Of a stretch of DNA of 64,000 bases, positions 1 to 10,839 are shown piece after piece. Within the stretch, counting starts at the first letter, position 1, and each line of letters starts with the position of its first letter. The stretch comes from Alphaproteobacteria bacterium (GTDB lineage: Bacteria > Pseudomonadota > Alphaproteobacteria > UBA828). The translations under genes and the position numbers were made by a program. Location of the stretch: positions 3,328,001 through 3,392,000 of the forward strand of contig CBDEFM010000002.1 in NCBI GenBank assembly GCA_965237415.1, given 5' to 3'. The notes beneath the pieces were generated by a model. That model made no database searches. It was given only the letters and a program-made list of their open reading frames with translations, and was not told where the DNA came from.

Positions 1-115
1 TATCGGCCGCATCCAGCTTGATGATCTCGACCCGGCCGTCGTGCTCCAGCGCGTGCAGCCGCTCGGCGATGTCAGGCTCGGTCGCGTTGCCGAGAATCTG
101 GGTGAGTCGCAGCAT
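1..115 (-). CDS. ureE: Urease accessory protein UreE-like, N-terminal part (runs off window)
   Basis: Manual translation from ATG at 115: MLRLTQILGNATEPDIAERLHALEHDGRVEIIKLDAAD, resembling proteobacterial UreE N-termini; not in ORF track. Confidence 0.6.
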   Translation of the reverse strand, partial: MLRLTQILGNATEPDIAERLHALEHDGRVEIIKLDAAD

Positions 116-249
116 GGCGGGCAGCTTACGGCCATTCGACATGCTAGCAAGGGAGGCCGCAGCCGCTCGCACCGGCACGCACCGCATCGATTGAAGGGCG
201 GGCGGCCGTTCGGCATCATGCGGGCACAGGCGCCACGCGGAGGAGACCG

Positions 250-1878
250 ATGCGCGCGACGATGATGGACTACCCGCTCACGCTGACGCATTACCTGGAG
301 CGGGCCGGCACCCTGTTCGGCGAGAGCGAGATCGTCACCCGCCTGCCGGACAAGTCGCTGCACCGCTACCGCTTCAGCGACTTTCACCGCCGCGCGCGGC
401 AGCTTGCTTCGGCGCTGGCGCGGGGCGGACTCAAGCGGGGCGAAGCGGTGGCCACCATGATGTGGAACAACTACCCGCACGAGGAGGCCTATTTCGGCGT
501 CCCCTGCGCCGGCGGCGTGCTGCACACCCTGAACTTCCGCCTCCACCCGAACGACATCGCCTATATCGCCAATCACGCGGGCGACCGTTTCGTGATCGTG
601 GACGACGTGCTGCTCCCGCTATTCGAGAAGGTCCGGCCCGAGATCGCGCCGGAGCGCGTGTTCGTGGCGGCGCTTTCCGGTCAGCCGGTACCGCAAGGCT
701 ACGAGAGCTACGAGGACCTGCTGGCGAGCGGCGATCCTGACGACGACCTGCCCACACTCGACGAGGGCGATGCCTGCGGCGTCTGCTACACCTCGGGCAC
801 CACCGGGCGGCCCAAGGGGGTCGTCTACTCGCACCGCGCCATGGTGCTCCACACCATGGCGATGTGCATGACCGAGCCCTTCGGCATCAGCCAGCACGAC
901 ACCATCATGCCGGTGGTGCCGATGTTCCATGCCAACGGCTGGGGACTGCCCTATGCGGCGGCGGCGGCCGGTGCCCGCATCGTGCTGCCCGGCCCCCATC
1001 TCGACCCGGTGAGCCTGCTCGACCTCTGCGAGGCCGAGCGGGTGACGCTCGCCGCAGGGGTGCCGACCATCTGGAACGGAATCCTCCAGGCGCTGGATTC
1101 CGAGCCGGATCGCTGGACTCTCGACCCGGCGTTCCGCACCGCGGTCGGCGGCTCTGCGGCGAGCGAGGCGATGATCCGGGGCTTCGACCGCCACGGCATC
1201 CGCACCATCCACGCCTGGGGCATGACCGAGATGACGCCGCTCGGCACCGCCGCGCTGCTCAAGGCGACCATGCAGGGGCTCGACGAGGACGCGCAATACG
1301 ACTACCGCGCAAAGCAGGGGACTGCCTTGCCCTTCGTCGACATGCGGCTGATGAACGACGCCGGCATCGCGCCCTGGGACGGCGAGACCATGGGCGAGCT
1401 GCAGGTGCGCGGGCCCTGGGTCGCCGCTGCTTATCACGAGACCGCCGAGCTGAGCGACAAGTGGACCGAGGACGGCTGGCTGCGGACCGGCGACGTCGCC
1501 ACCATCGACGCCGAGGGCTTCATGAAGATCACCGACCGCACCAAGGACCTGATCAAGTCCGGCGGTGAGTGGATCAGCTCGGTCGATCTGGAGAACGCCC
1601 TGATGGGGCATCCTGCGGTGAGCGAGGCCGCGGTGATCGCGGCGCGGCACGAGAAGTGGGAGGAGCGCCCGCTCGCCGTCATCGTCCTGAAGGAGGGAGC
1701 AGAGGCGGATGTGGAAGCGCTCCAGAGCCACCTCGCGAGGCACTTCGCCAAGTGGTGGCTTCCCGACGACTACGTCTTCGTCGACGAGATTCCGCGCACG
1801 TCCACCGGCAAGTTCCTCAAGTCGGCGCTGCGCGAGCGCTACGAGGGGATGCTCGTCGCGGAGGGGGGCGGCGGTTAA
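250..1878 (+). CDS. Medium/long-chain fatty acid-CoA ligase (AlkK/DmdB-like)
   Basis: [28 protein letters not shown] and PRTSTGK motifs; AGGAG RBS upstream. Confidence 0.9.
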   Translation: MRATMMDYPLTLTHYLERAGTLFGESEIVTRLPDKSLHRYRFSDFHRRARQLASALARGGLKRGEAVATMMWNNYPHEEAYFGVPCAGGVLHTLNFRLHPNDIAYIANHAGDRFVIVDDVLLPLFEKVRPEIAPERVFVAALSGQPVPQGYESYEDLLASGDPDDDLPTLDEGDACGVCYTSGTTGRPKGVVYSHRAMVLHTMAMCMTEPFGISQHDTIMPVVPMFHANGWGLPYAAAAAGARIVLPGPHLDPVSLLDLCEAERVTLAAGVPTIWNGILQALDSEPDRWTLDPAFRTAVGGSAASEAMIRGFDRHGIRTIHAWGMTEMTPLGTAALLKATMQGLDEDAQYDYRAKQGTALPFVDMRLMNDAGIAPWDGETMGELQVRGPWVAAAYHETAELSDKWTEDGWLRTGDVATIDAEGFMKITDRTKDLIKSGGEWISSVDLENALMGHPAVSEAAVIAARHEKWEERPLAVIVLKEGAEADVEALQSHLARHFAKWWLPDDYVFVDEIPRTSTGKFLKSALRERYEGMLVAEGGGG

Positions 1879-3644
1879 CTCTCCGGGGTTATGCGCGTGC
1901 CTTCCCGGCACGGCCCGGCCTGCCGCCGCGCTGCGGTTGCCGCCTCGTCGAGCGCCGGCGGCGCGCCCGTAAGCACGACGCCGAATCGCTTCTCTGCTTC
2001 GTCCGCCGTGTAGTAACCCCGCATCACGTCCTGCAGGACCAGCGCCGGCTCGCGCTCGAAAGCCGCGCCGTAGCCGCCGCCGCCCGGCGTGGAGACGCGG
2101 ACGGTATCGCCGGGGCGGAGAGGGATTTCCTGATCCTTGGAGAGATGCGGCGGCCGGTAGCGGGAGCCATCGGTGCGGATCACGTCCACGGTGTTGACCC
2201 CGCCGGGCGCTCCGCCGAGCGCGCCGTTCGGCCCGGTGCGGCCGTGGTCCATCACCATCGAGGCCGAAGCCGCGCCGCGCCGGAGCGTACACGCGTAGGT
2301 CACGCCGAAGCCGCCGCGCCAGCGCCCGGCCCCGCCCGAGCCCTCGTGCAGGGAGTATTCCTGGAAGAGCACCGGGTATTTCTGCTCCATCACCTCGATG
2401 GGCTGCGACTTGGAGATGCCGATGGTAGAGCAGCCGTTGGTGAGCCCGTCGCCCTCAGGCGAGCCGCCGTAGCCGCCGCCGGTGAAGAGATACATCACGT
2501 AGTCACGCGCCTTCGCGGGGTCGGCGCCACCGACGGCGAAGTTGCCGGAGGTGCCGGCCGGCGCGGCGAAGAGCCGATCCGGGATCGCTTGGACGAGTGC
2601 ATCGAATACGGCTTCCGCGATCCGCTGGCTCACCTCCGCCGCGCAGCCCGAGACCGGGCGCGGGTACTCGGCGTGGAGGAAGGTCCCCTTGGGCTCCGTT
2701 ATGTGCAGCGGCTCGAACATGCCGGCGTTGATCGGCACGTCGGGGAAGATATGGCGGATCGCGAGATAGATCGCGGACTTGGTGGTCGCCGCCACGCTGT
2801 TCATCGGCCCGGCGCAGGGCGGGCTGGAGTGCGACATGTCGAAGTAGAGCTCGGTGCCGTCGACGCGGATGCGCATGTCGATGGTGAGCGGCTCGTTCAC
2901 CACGCCGTCGGAATCGACCTGGGCAAGGCCCCGATAGCTGCCGTCCGGAATGGTCTCGATCTTGGCCCGCGTCTGCCGCGCCGCGCGCTGGCGCATCTCA
3001 AGGATCACGTCTTCGACGAGGGCCAGGCCGTACTTGTCGAGCAGCGCCGTCATCCGCCGGGCGCCCACCAGCAGCGCCGCCGACTGCGCCTCGATGTCGC
3101 CGATGCGCTGCTCGGGCACGCGGATGTTGGAGAGGATGATGGAAAGGATCTCCTCGTCGATCTTCCCCTCCTTGTAGAGTTTTACGGGAGGGAAGCGCAG
3201 ACCCTCCTGAACCACCTCGGTGGCACGCGCCGAGAAGCCGCCCGGCACCATGCCGCCGGTGTCCGGCCAGTGGCCTGTGTTCGAGAGCCAGGCGAAGTGC
3301 GCGCCCTTGTAGAAGAACGGCCGGGCGAAGCGCACGTCCATCAAGTGGGTGCCGCCAAGGTAGGGGTCGTTGACGGCGAAGATGTCGCCCTCGCGCACGG
3401 TGGGCTTGGTGGCGATCAGGTGCTCGGTCGAGAACTGCATCGTGCCGACGAAGACCGGCAAACCCAGCTCGCCCTGGGCGATGAGCTTGCCGTCCTCCCT
3501 GGCATAGATGCCGTCGGAGCGGTCGAGGCCCTCCGAGATGACCGGGCTGAAGGCCGCGCGCACGAAGGCGAGGTCCATCTCGTTGCAGACCTGCTGCAGG
3601 CCGCTCTGCACCACGCCGAGAGTGATGGCATCGAGCGTGCTCAC
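1875..3644 (-). CDS. Hydantoinase B / 5-oxoprolinase family subunit
   Basis: GTG start overlaps upstream stop; SPVISEGLD, NDPYLGGTHLMD, HWPDTGG and TPGGGGYG motifs. Confidence 0.9.
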   Translation of the reverse strand: MSTLDAITLGVVQSGLQQVCNEMDLAFVRAAFSPVISEGLDRSDGIYAREDGKLIAQGELGLPVFVGTMQFSTEHLIATKPTVREGDIFAVNDPYLGGTHLMDVRFARPFFYKGAHFAWLSNTGHWPDTGGMVPGGFSARATEVVQEGLRFPPVKLYKEGKIDEEILSIILSNIRVPEQRIGDIEAQSAALLVGARRMTALLDKYGLALVEDVILEMRQRAARQTRAKIETIPDGSYRGLAQVDSDGVVNEPLTIDMRIRVDGTELYFDMSHSSPPCAGPMNSVAATTKSAIYLAIRHIFPDVPINAGMFEPLHITEPKGTFLHAEYPRPVSGCAAEVSQRIAEAVFDALVQAIPDRLFAAPAGTSGNFAVGGADPAKARDYVMYLFTGGGYGGSPEGDGLTNGCSTIGISKSQPIEVMEQKYPVLFQEYSLHEGSGGAGRWRGGFGVTYACTLRRGAASASMVMDHGRTGPNGALGGAPGGVNTVDVIRTDGSRYRPPHLSKDQEIPLRPGDTVRVSTPGGGGYGAAFEREPALVLQDVMRGYYTADEAEKRFGVVLTGAPPALDEAATAARRQAGPCREGTRITPES

Positions 3645-5680
3645 TGGCCGACCTCCAGGATCAGGTTGCCGATGGCGTCGAGGGAGGCCCGGTTGCCGGG
3701 CTCGACGACGCTCGTTGTGTCGATCTGGCGGACGATCGCAGGACCCTCGAAGCGGGCACCGGCGGGCAGGCGCTCGCGGTCGTAGATGGGTGTCTCCGCC
3801 CAGCCGGCGGGGAACCACACGCGCCGCGTGGCTGTCAAAGCACCGTCGAGGGTCGCGGTCTGTGCTGCTCCGGCAAGCGCGGCGAGCGGCACTGCCGGGC
3901 GCTCGCCGATCACGGCGGTGTGGAGATTGACGAGCACCGCGCGAATCGTGTCGAGCGCGACCGCGAAGCGCTCCCAATAGGCGACCTCGAAGGCCTTCTG
4001 GAGTTCGTCGCGCGTTACCGCCGGGCTTTCGACCGGCACCGTGAGCAGGTGGGTCTGGCCCTCGAACTGCATGTCGGCGGTGTGGAGGTACGCGATCTCG
4101 CCGACCGCCACGCCCTCCCGCTCGATCGTTGCGCGCCCTTCTGCCGCCTGGCGTTCGAGGATCGCGCGGACGGCCGCCATGTCCGCCTCCGCCAGCGGCG
4201 CATTCAGCGTGTTCACGTAGTCGTGGCGGAGATCGGCAGTGATGCAGCCGACGGCGCTGGTGATCCCCGGCCGTGCCGGGATCATCACCTGCGGGATGCC
4301 GAGCTCGGCGGCAAGCGCTGCGGCGTGCATGGGGCCCGCGCCGCCGAAGGCGAACAGCACGAAGTCGCGCGGGTCGTGGCCACGGGCGAGCGTCGCCATG
4401 CGGATCGCGCCCGCCATCCGGTCGTTGGCGATGCGTATGACCGCCGCCGCCGCGCCCTCGGCATCGAAGCCGAGGGGGGCGCCGATGGTCTCTGCGAACA
4501 CCCTTCGCACGTCGTCCGGCGCAACCGGCGTCTCCACCGCGAGCAGGGCGTCGGGATCGAGCCGGCCGAGGATCAGATTGGCGTCGGTGAGCGTCGGCTG
4601 GGTGCCTCCGCGGCCATAGCAGATCGGTCCCGGCTCGGCGCCGGCGCTCTCCGGCCCGACCTGGAGCAGGCCGGCCTCGTCGATCCGCGCCAGCGAGCCG
4701 CCGCCCGCGCCGACGGTGTGCACGTCCACCATGGGGACATGGATCGGCATGCCGTGCTCGAGCTCCATCTCGCCCGTGACCGCGGGCACGCCGTCCAGCA
4801 CGAGGCCCACATCGGCGCTCGTGCCGCCGGCATCGAAGGTGATGAGATCTTGGGCACCGGCGGCGCGGCCAATGGCGGCAGCGGCCATGACGCCCGAGGC
4901 CGGCCCCGAAAGCACCGTGTTGACGGCCTTCGCCGCCGCCGAGCGGGCCGAGACGCTGCCGCCGTTGCCCTGGATCACCAGCAGCTCGCGGCCGTAGCCG
5001 CGGTCCGCGAGCTTCCCCTGCAGCCGGTCGAGATAGCGGTGCAGCAACGGCTGGACGCAGGCGTTCACCGCCGCCGCGACGCCGCGTTCGTACTCGCGGA
5101 ACTCGGAGAGGATCGCGTGCCCCGCGGTGACGTAAGCGTCCGGCCAGAATTCGCGGGCGATAGCCAATGCTCGCTCCTCATGCGCGGAGTTCTTGTAACT
5201 GTGGAGGAAGTGGATCACGAGCGAGTCGCAGCCTGCGTCGCGCAGGCGTTCCACCGCGTCGCGCACCGCCGCCTCGTCGAGGGGCACCAGCACGTCGCCA
5301 TCGGCATCCATGCGCTCCGGCACCTCGATGCGGAGCTCGCGCGGGATCAGCGGCGTGAAGCTGCCCGTCAGCCCATAGGCGTTGGGCCGCGTGCGCCGAC
5401 CGAGCTCCAGTATGTCGCGGAAGCCCCTGGTGGTGATGAGCCCGCAACGGCTGAGCTTACGTTCCAAGAGCGCGTTGGTGGTGACCGTGGTGCCGTGGAT
5501 GATGGCCGCAACATCCTCGAATGAGGCAGCCGCGCCATCGAGCGCCGCGAGCACGCCGGCAGACTGGTTCGCAGGCGTCGACGGCACCTTGGCGAGCCGC
5601 ACGGCGCCGGTCTCGGGCTCCATGAGGATCAGGTCGGTGAAGGTTCCGCCGACATCGACGCCGACGATCGCGCCGCTCAT
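3641..5680 (-). CDS. Hydantoinase A / 5-oxoprolinase family ATP-binding subunit
   Basis: GVDVGGTFTD, HGTTVTTNALLE, SGPASG, DAGGTS, GAGGGS and FGGAGP motifs. Confidence 0.92.
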   Translation of the reverse strand: MSGAIVGVDVGGTFTDLILMEPETGAVRLAKVPSTPANQSAGVLAALDGAAASFEDVAAIIHGTTVTTNALLERKLSRCGLITTRGFRDILELGRRTRPNAYGLTGSFTPLIPRELRIEVPERMDADGDVLVPLDEAAVRDAVERLRDAGCDSLVIHFLHSYKNSAHEERALAIAREFWPDAYVTAGHAILSEFREYERGVAAAVNACVQPLLHRYLDRLQGKLADRGYGRELLVIQGNGGSVSARSAAAKAVNTVLSGPASGVMAAAAIGRAAGAQDLITFDAGGTSADVGLVLDGVPAVTGEMELEHGMPIHVPMVDVHTVGAGGGSLARIDEAGLLQVGPESAGAEPGPICYGRGGTQPTLTDANLILGRLDPDALLAVETPVAPDDVRRVFAETIGAPLGFDAEGAAAAVIRIANDRMAGAIRMATLARGHDPRDFVLFAFGGAGPMHAAALAAELGIPQVMIPARPGITSAVGCITADLRHDYVNTLNAPLAEADMAAVRAILERQAAEGRATIEREGVAVGEIAYLHTADMQFEGQTHLLTVPVESPAVTRDELQKAFEVAYWERFAVALDTIRAVLVNLHTAVIGERPAVPLAALAGAAQTATLDGALTATRRVWFPAGWAETPIYDRERLPAGARFEGPAIVRQIDTTSVVEPGNRASLDAIGNLILEVGQ

Positions 5681-5687
5681 GGAGCGC

Positions 5688-6563
5688 TCATGCGGCGACG
5701 GAGGCGCCGGCTGCGCCGCCGGTTTCCGCCGGCGCGAGCGTGCGGCTCTCGCCCTGGAGCGCGAGACGGGCGGACTCGATCAGCCCCGCCCGCTGCATCG
5801 CCCGCGCTTCCGCGAGCCCGGCGTCGAGCGCTGCGGCCTTCGCGTGCGCGGGCAGCGGCCCCACCGCGACCGTGACCGGGCGCGCGCCAAGGTCGCTCTC
5901 TTCGCGGAGCGAGGTGGCCGGCGCGCGCTCGATGGCGGGATGGTCGATGGTGACGGCATTGCCGATCAGCGTCGCCGCGGCGTCCGCCGCAGCGGCGGTC
6001 TCGGCCAGCACCGTGACCGCATCGGCGATGCCGAACGAGAGCGAGCGCCCGCGCCAGCCCGAGGTCGCCATGCCGCGCGCGGGCCGGTCCGCGCTAAGGA
6101 CGATCCGGTCGTCGAGCCCCGGACGGTCGGGATCGTTCACCACGCCGGCTGAAACGGAGGTGCCGGGGCTGAGGTGCACCGCGATATCGCCACCGTTGTT
6201 GACGTAGGCGCGCGTAAGCTTGCGCCCCGCCTGCATGGCCGCCAGCGCCTCGTCGGCGACGGAACCCGCGACCGCTGCCATCGGCGTGACGAATTGCGCC
6301 CGGTGCGGCCAGCAGGCGCCGAGCATGCGCCGTGCCACAGAGCCTCTTAGCGCCGGACGGCTCTCGCCAAGGGGGCGTCGCAGCAGGTCGAGCTCGGCGA
6401 CCAGATCGTCGAGGATCGTCGCGAAGCGCGAGTCGGCCTGACGATAGGCGGCGCTCACCTCGGGCGCCTCGCCGAAGGCCTCGGCAACGATGTCGATGGG
6501 CCCGTGCTGCAGGTGCAGCCGGCGGCCGTCGGGCAGGATCGCCATGCGGGCTCTGCCCGGCAT
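5688..6563 (-). CDS. UPF0280 / ApbE-like protein
   Basis: LHLQHGPID, TPMAAVAG, NNGGDI and ATSGWRGRSLSFGIADAV motifs; ATG coupled to upstream stop. Confidence 0.85.
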   Translation of the reverse strand: MPGRARMAILPDGRRLHLQHGPIDIVAEAFGEAPEVSAAYRQADSRFATILDDLVAELDLLRRPLGESRPALRGSVARRMLGACWPHRAQFVTPMAAVAGSVADEALAAMQAGRKLTRAYVNNGGDIAVHLSPGTSVSAGVVNDPDRPGLDDRIVLSADRPARGMATSGWRGRSLSFGIADAVTVLAETAAAADAAATLIGNAVTIDHPAIERAPATSLREESDLGARPVTVAVGPLPAHAKAAALDAGLAEARAMQRAGLIESARLALQGESRTLAPAETGGAAGASVAA

Positions 6564-8035
6564 CAGACCGTGCGCTCCGGCAACGGCCAGGGATTGGCCG
6601 GCGGCCACGGCTCCGCCCGGTGCTCCGCGTCCCCAAGCGCCTGCTCCAGCGGCACGATGCGGTCGACGTGGCCGCCGAGCGTTGCGAACTCCGCGCGGCT
6701 GAGCGTGAACTCGATGGGTGCGACCAGGGCGGGCGTCGGCACGTAGCCGAAGGCGTCGGCCGGCATGCGGGTCACGTCCACCATGAAGGTGATCCCGCCG
6801 CCGGGCCAGACGTGGACCGGCGCGCCGCCGGCGGTGACGCGGGTGAGTGCGTCCTTGATCGAGCGGGTGAGGCGCACCGGGTTCTCGGTGACGCCCGCGC
6901 GCAGGCTCCCGCCCGCGCCGGCCATGAAGAGCACGGTGCAAAGCGCGGGCTCGCAGTTCTCCGCGATACGGTCCACGACCATCTCGATGGCCTCCGGCAT
7001 GGGCGCGGGCCGGGGCGTCAGTGTCTCGTCCAGCTCGAACCAGGCTGCGTCTTCGCCCGTGGTGGAGACCATGTGGAGCCTGAGCCCCGGCCAGGCTTTC
7101 TTGGGATCGATCCGCTCGATGATCTCCAGCGGGTCGGCGATATCGGTGGCGGCCCAGCCACGCCCCTTGCGCGCCACCTGGAAGTAGCGCCCCGGCGTGG
7201 ATCGGCGCCCCCTGATCCGGATGCCGGACGGCGGCATGTCGAGGAAGCGCCCAGCCTGATGCTCGGTGAGCACGCCGGTGATCTGGTCGTCCACCACGAT
7301 CACCTCATCGGCGTGGCCGTGCCACTGGCGGGCGAACATGCCCATGGCGGCCGAGCCGCAGCCGGCCCGCATGCGCGCCTCGTACTGGCCGTCCACCAAC
7401 GGCGCGGCACCCGCCTGGACCACCAGCTCCGCGCCACCATCGACGGTGAAAGTCGCGGGCCTGCCGTTGCAGAGGTCGAGCAGGGTGCTGCAGGTGACCG
7501 TGCCCTCGCGCTTCGAGCCGCCGGTGAAGTGGCGCACGCCGCCGAGGGAGAGCATCTGGGAGCCGTATTCTGCCGTGGTGACATGGCCGATGGGCTCGCC
7601 GTCGGCGCGCACCGAGGCCTGCTCCGGGCCGACGTGGCGGTCGGTGTCGATCTTCACCTTCACGCCGCAGTAGCTGAAGATCCCCTCCGAGACGACGGTC
7701 ACCATGTCCACCCCCGCCGTCTCGCTCGCGATGATGAAGGGCGCGGGCTTGTAATCGGGATAGGTGGTGCCGGAGCCGATTCCGGTGACGAAGCGCTCGG
7801 GCTGCGCGACCAGGCCGCCGCCCCAGTCCTCGGCGCCGTCCATGAAGGGCACCAGGGTCTCTGCCCGCTCGGTGACCAGTAGCGGGTCGACGCGGGTGAG
7901 CGAGCCGCCGACGTTGGCGTAGCGGTCGCAGGCGCCGACCTTGCCCTCGCGGATCCGACACAGCACCGGGCAGGCGTCGCAACGAATGATCGAGCCTTTG
8001 TCCTTGGCCCGGCGCTCGGTCTTCTCTTCGCTCAC
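6563..8035 (-). CDS. hnr: 6-hydroxynicotinate reductase-like Fe-S flavoprotein
   Basis: CDACPVLC...GACDRY, GIGSGTTYPDYKPAPFI, MRAGCGSA and GAGGSLRAGVTENPV motifs. Confidence 0.85.
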   Translation of the reverse strand: MSEEKTERRAKDKGSIIRCDACPVLCRIREGKVGACDRYANVGGSLTRVDPLLVTERAETLVPFMDGAEDWGGGLVAQPERFVTGIGSGTTYPDYKPAPFIIASETAGVDMVTVVSEGIFSYCGVKVKIDTDRHVGPEQASVRADGEPIGHVTTAEYGSQMLSLGGVRHFTGGSKREGTVTCSTLLDLCNGRPATFTVDGGAELVVQAGAAPLVDGQYEARMRAGCGSAAMGMFARQWHGHADEVIVVDDQITGVLTEHQAGRFLDMPPSGIRIRGRRSTPGRYFQVARKGRGWAATDIADPLEIIERIDPKKAWPGLRLHMVSTTGEDAAWFELDETLTPRPAPMPEAIEMVVDRIAENCEPALCTVLFMAGAGGSLRAGVTENPVRLTRSIKDALTRVTAGGAPVHVWPGGGITFMVDVTRMPADAFGYVPTPALVAPIEFTLSRAEFATLGGHVDRIVPLEQALGDAEHRAEPWPPANPWPLPERTV

Positions 8036-10839
8036 GGCCCGGCCTCGCTCTCGCCAGCCTCCTGCGCACGCAGCGCCGCACGCAGGCGGTGGGGCAGGGC
8101 CGGGACCTTGGTGACGCGCACGCCCGTCGCATGGCGGATCGCACCGAGGATCGCTGGCGCCGTCGGGACCAGGCCGGGCTCGCCCACGCCCTTGGCGCCG
8201 AAGGGACCTAAAGGCTCCGGGTCTTCGACGATGAGCACCTCGATCTCGGGCACATCGCCGATGGTCGGGATCAGATAGTCGTGCAGGTTCTCGGTCCGGC
8301 CGGGCAGGTATTCCTCCATCAGTGCGAGCCCGATGCCCTGGGCGATGCCGCCCTCGATCTGCCCCTCGACCTGGGTCGGGTTGATGGCGCGCCCGACGTC
8401 GTGGGCGGCGTAGATGCGGACCGGCGTCACGGTCCCGAGTTGGGTGTCGACATCGACCACAGCGATCTGGGCGCCGAAGGCGTAGGTGGCGTAGGGCGCG
8501 CCCTGGCCCTTGGCGTCGAGCGCCGTTGTCGGCGGGTCGAAGGTGCCGGTGCCTTCCAGCACAACGCCCCGCTCATCCGCCTTGAGCCGCTCAAGGTCGA
8601 TCTCCACCTGGCGCCCGCCGTCGCGGACCAGAACCTGAGCTCCCGTAAGCTCGATGGTGGCGTCGTCGGCGACATTGGCCTCGCGCAGAATCGCGGCGCG
8701 CAAGGCAGCGCCGGCGCGCTCGGCCGCCTTGCCCGAGACGAAAGTCTGGCGCGAGGCCGAGGTCTTGCCCGCGTCCTCGGTCCAGTCCGTGTCGCCGATG
8801 ACCTGGGCGATCCTGTCCGCCGCCACACCCAGTGCGTCCGCGCAGATCTGCGCGAGGATCGTGGTCGAGCCTTGGCCGATGTCGACGGCGCCGTTGTAGA
8901 GCGTGAGCCGGCCCTTCCGGTCGAGCGTGATCCGCATGGCGGAGGGGTTGCTGAGCGCGGTGTTGCCGATGCCGTACCACATGCAGCCGATGCCGACGCC
9001 CCGCCGTAGCGGACCGTCTTGCGCGTTGGCCCGGGCTGAGTCTTCGAGCGCACGCTGCCAGCGCGGCTTGAGCGCCTCCAGGCAGGGGACGAGCCCGGCA
9101 CTGGCTTCGAGTATCTGGCCGGTCGCCGTCGCATCGCCCGCGCGGAGCGCGTTCTTGAGGCGAAGCTCCAGCCGGTCCATGCCGAGCCTGGCGGCGAGGT
9201 CGTCCATCAGCGCCTCGTGGGCGATGGCGGCCTGCGGCACGCCGAAGCCGCGAAACGCGCCGGCCGGCGGTCCGTTGGTGTATATGGCCCGGCCCCGCGC
9301 CGAGACAGCGGGCACGGCATAGGGGCCGGTGGCGTGGACCGGCACGCGGCCTGCCACGGTCGGCCCCCAGGAGGCATAGGCGCCGGTATCGAAGGTGGCG
9401 TCGAACGCGACCGCCTGCAGCTTGCCGTCACCGTCGCAGCCGAAACGCGCCTCGATCGCCGCGGGATGGCGCTTGGTGCTCGCCATCATGCTCTCGGGCC
9501 GCTCGTAGACGCAGGCGACCGGCGCGCCGGTGAGCCAGGCGGCGAGCGCTGTGAGCGGCTGAATCGAGACGTCGAGCTTGCCACCGAAGCCGCCGCCGCA
9601 GGCGCTCGGCACGATCCGCACCTGCGAAGGCGCGAGGCCGAGGACCTCTGCCGTCATGTCCCGGTCCATGACCGGCGTCTGCGTCGAGACGAAGAGCTCG
9701 ACGCGGTCGCCCAGGCGACGTGCCCAGCCGGCCTCGGGCTCGATATAGGCGTGCTCGACGAAGGCGGTCTCGAAGCGCCCTTCGGCCGTCACGGCAGAGC
9801 CCGCGAGTGCCTTTGCGGCATCGCCGCGCTCGACCCCGCCCTCGATCAGGCGGTTGTCCTCCAGATTGTCGTGGACCAGGGGTGCGTCCGTCGCGCGGGC
9901 CTCGTCCAGGCCGTGCACCGGCGGCAGCGGCTCGTAGCGGATGGGCAAATCTTCGTCTCGCACCGCGACGATCGCCTCGCGCGTGCCCACCAGCGCCACC
10001 ACGGGGTCGCCCCGGTAGCGCACGACTTCCTCGGCCAGCACCGGCTGGTCGCGCAAGTCGGGATAGATGCCGATGCGGTTGGAGGGCACGTCGGCGGCGG
10101 TGAGCACGCGTGCCACGCCTTGCCACGCGCCGGCTGCTGCCGCGATGTCGCCGAACACGACCCGCGCCGACTCATGAGGCGACCGAATGACCCTGAGCCA
10201 GAGCGCGCCCGCCGGCACGGCGTCGGCACCATAGCGCTCCGCACCGGTGAGCTTGGGCACGCCGTCGAGCTTGGCAAGTCGGGCGCCGACGGCCGCGCCG
10301 GGCGGCGGTGTGCTGAGCGGCTGCGGCGCATCGCCTGCCGCGTCGAGCACCGCTGCCACGATCTTGCGATAGCCGGTGCAGCGGCAGAGGACGCCGCCGA
10401 GGCCGTCCATGACCTCCGCCGCGCTGGGGCGCGGGCAGGCGCGCAAAACCTCGGTCGCGGCGATCAGCATTCCGGGCGTGCAGGCGCCGCATTGCGCCGC
10501 ACCATGGCGCAGAAAGGCCCGCTGCAGGCGGTTGAGCCGGCCATTCTGCGCGAGCCCCTCCACGGTCTCCACGCTGCGCCCTGCAGCCTGGGCCAGCGAC
10601 ACCATGCAGCTGCACACCTGTGCGCCGTCGAGCAGCACCGTGCAGGCGCCGCAGTCGCCGGCGTTGCATCCCACCTTGGTGCCGGTGAGGGCGAGATCGT
10701 CGCGGAGCGCATCGGCAAGGCGGCGCAGTGGCGGCGCCGATACCCTCACCGACCGCCCGTTGACCGTGAAGGCGATGGCGCCTGTAACCGTCGCCGCGCC
10801 CGCGGGGTCGGTGCCGCCGTCGAGGCTCCGCGCGCTCAC
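8032..10839 (-). CDS. Xanthine oxidase family molybdoenzyme, fused 2Fe-2S and Mo-binding subunit (probable nicotinate dehydrogenase)
   Basis: GCNAGDCGAC, QCGACTPG and LCRCTGY Fe-S motifs; GGGFGGK, AFRGFG and KGVGEP Mo-domain motifs; next to hnr. Confidence 0.85.
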   Translation of the reverse strand: MSARSLDGGTDPAGAATVTGAIAFTVNGRSVRVSAPPLRRLADALRDDLALTGTKVGCNAGDCGACTVLLDGAQVCSCMVSLAQAAGRSVETVEGLAQNGRLNRLQRAFLRHGAAQCGACTPGMLIAATEVLRACPRPSAAEVMDGLGGVLCRCTGYRKIVAAVLDAAGDAPQPLSTPPPGAAVGARLAKLDGVPKLTGAERYGADAVPAGALWLRVIRSPHESARVVFGDIAAAAGAWQGVARVLTAADVPSNRIGIYPDLRDQPVLAEEVVRYRGDPVVALVGTREAIVAVRDEDLPIRYEPLPPVHGLDEARATDAPLVHDNLEDNRLIEGGVERGDAAKALAGSAVTAEGRFETAFVEHAYIEPEAGWARRLGDRVELFVSTQTPVMDRDMTAEVLGLAPSQVRIVPSACGGGFGGKLDVSIQPLTALAAWLTGAPVACVYERPESMMASTKRHPAAIEARFGCDGDGKLQAVAFDATFDTGAYASWGPTVAGRVPVHATGPYAVPAVSARGRAIYTNGPPAGAFRGFGVPQAAIAHEALMDDLAARLGMDRLELRLKNALRAGDATATGQILEASAGLVPCLEALKPRWQRALEDSARANAQDGPLRRGVGIGCMWYGIGNTALSNPSAMRITLDRKGRLTLYNGAVDIGQGSTTILAQICADALGVAADRIAQVIGDTDWTEDAGKTSASRQTFVSGKAAERAGAALRAAILREANVADDATIELTGAQVLVRDGGRQVEIDLERLKADERGVVLEGTGTFDPPTTALDAKGQGAPYATYAFGAQIAVVDVDTQLGTVTPVRIYAAHDVGRAINPTQVEGQIEGGIAQGIGLALMEEYLPGRTENLHDYLIPTIGDVPEIEVLIVEDPEPLGPFGAKGVGEPGLVPTAPAILGAIRHATGVRVTKVPALPHRLRAALRAQEAGESEAGP

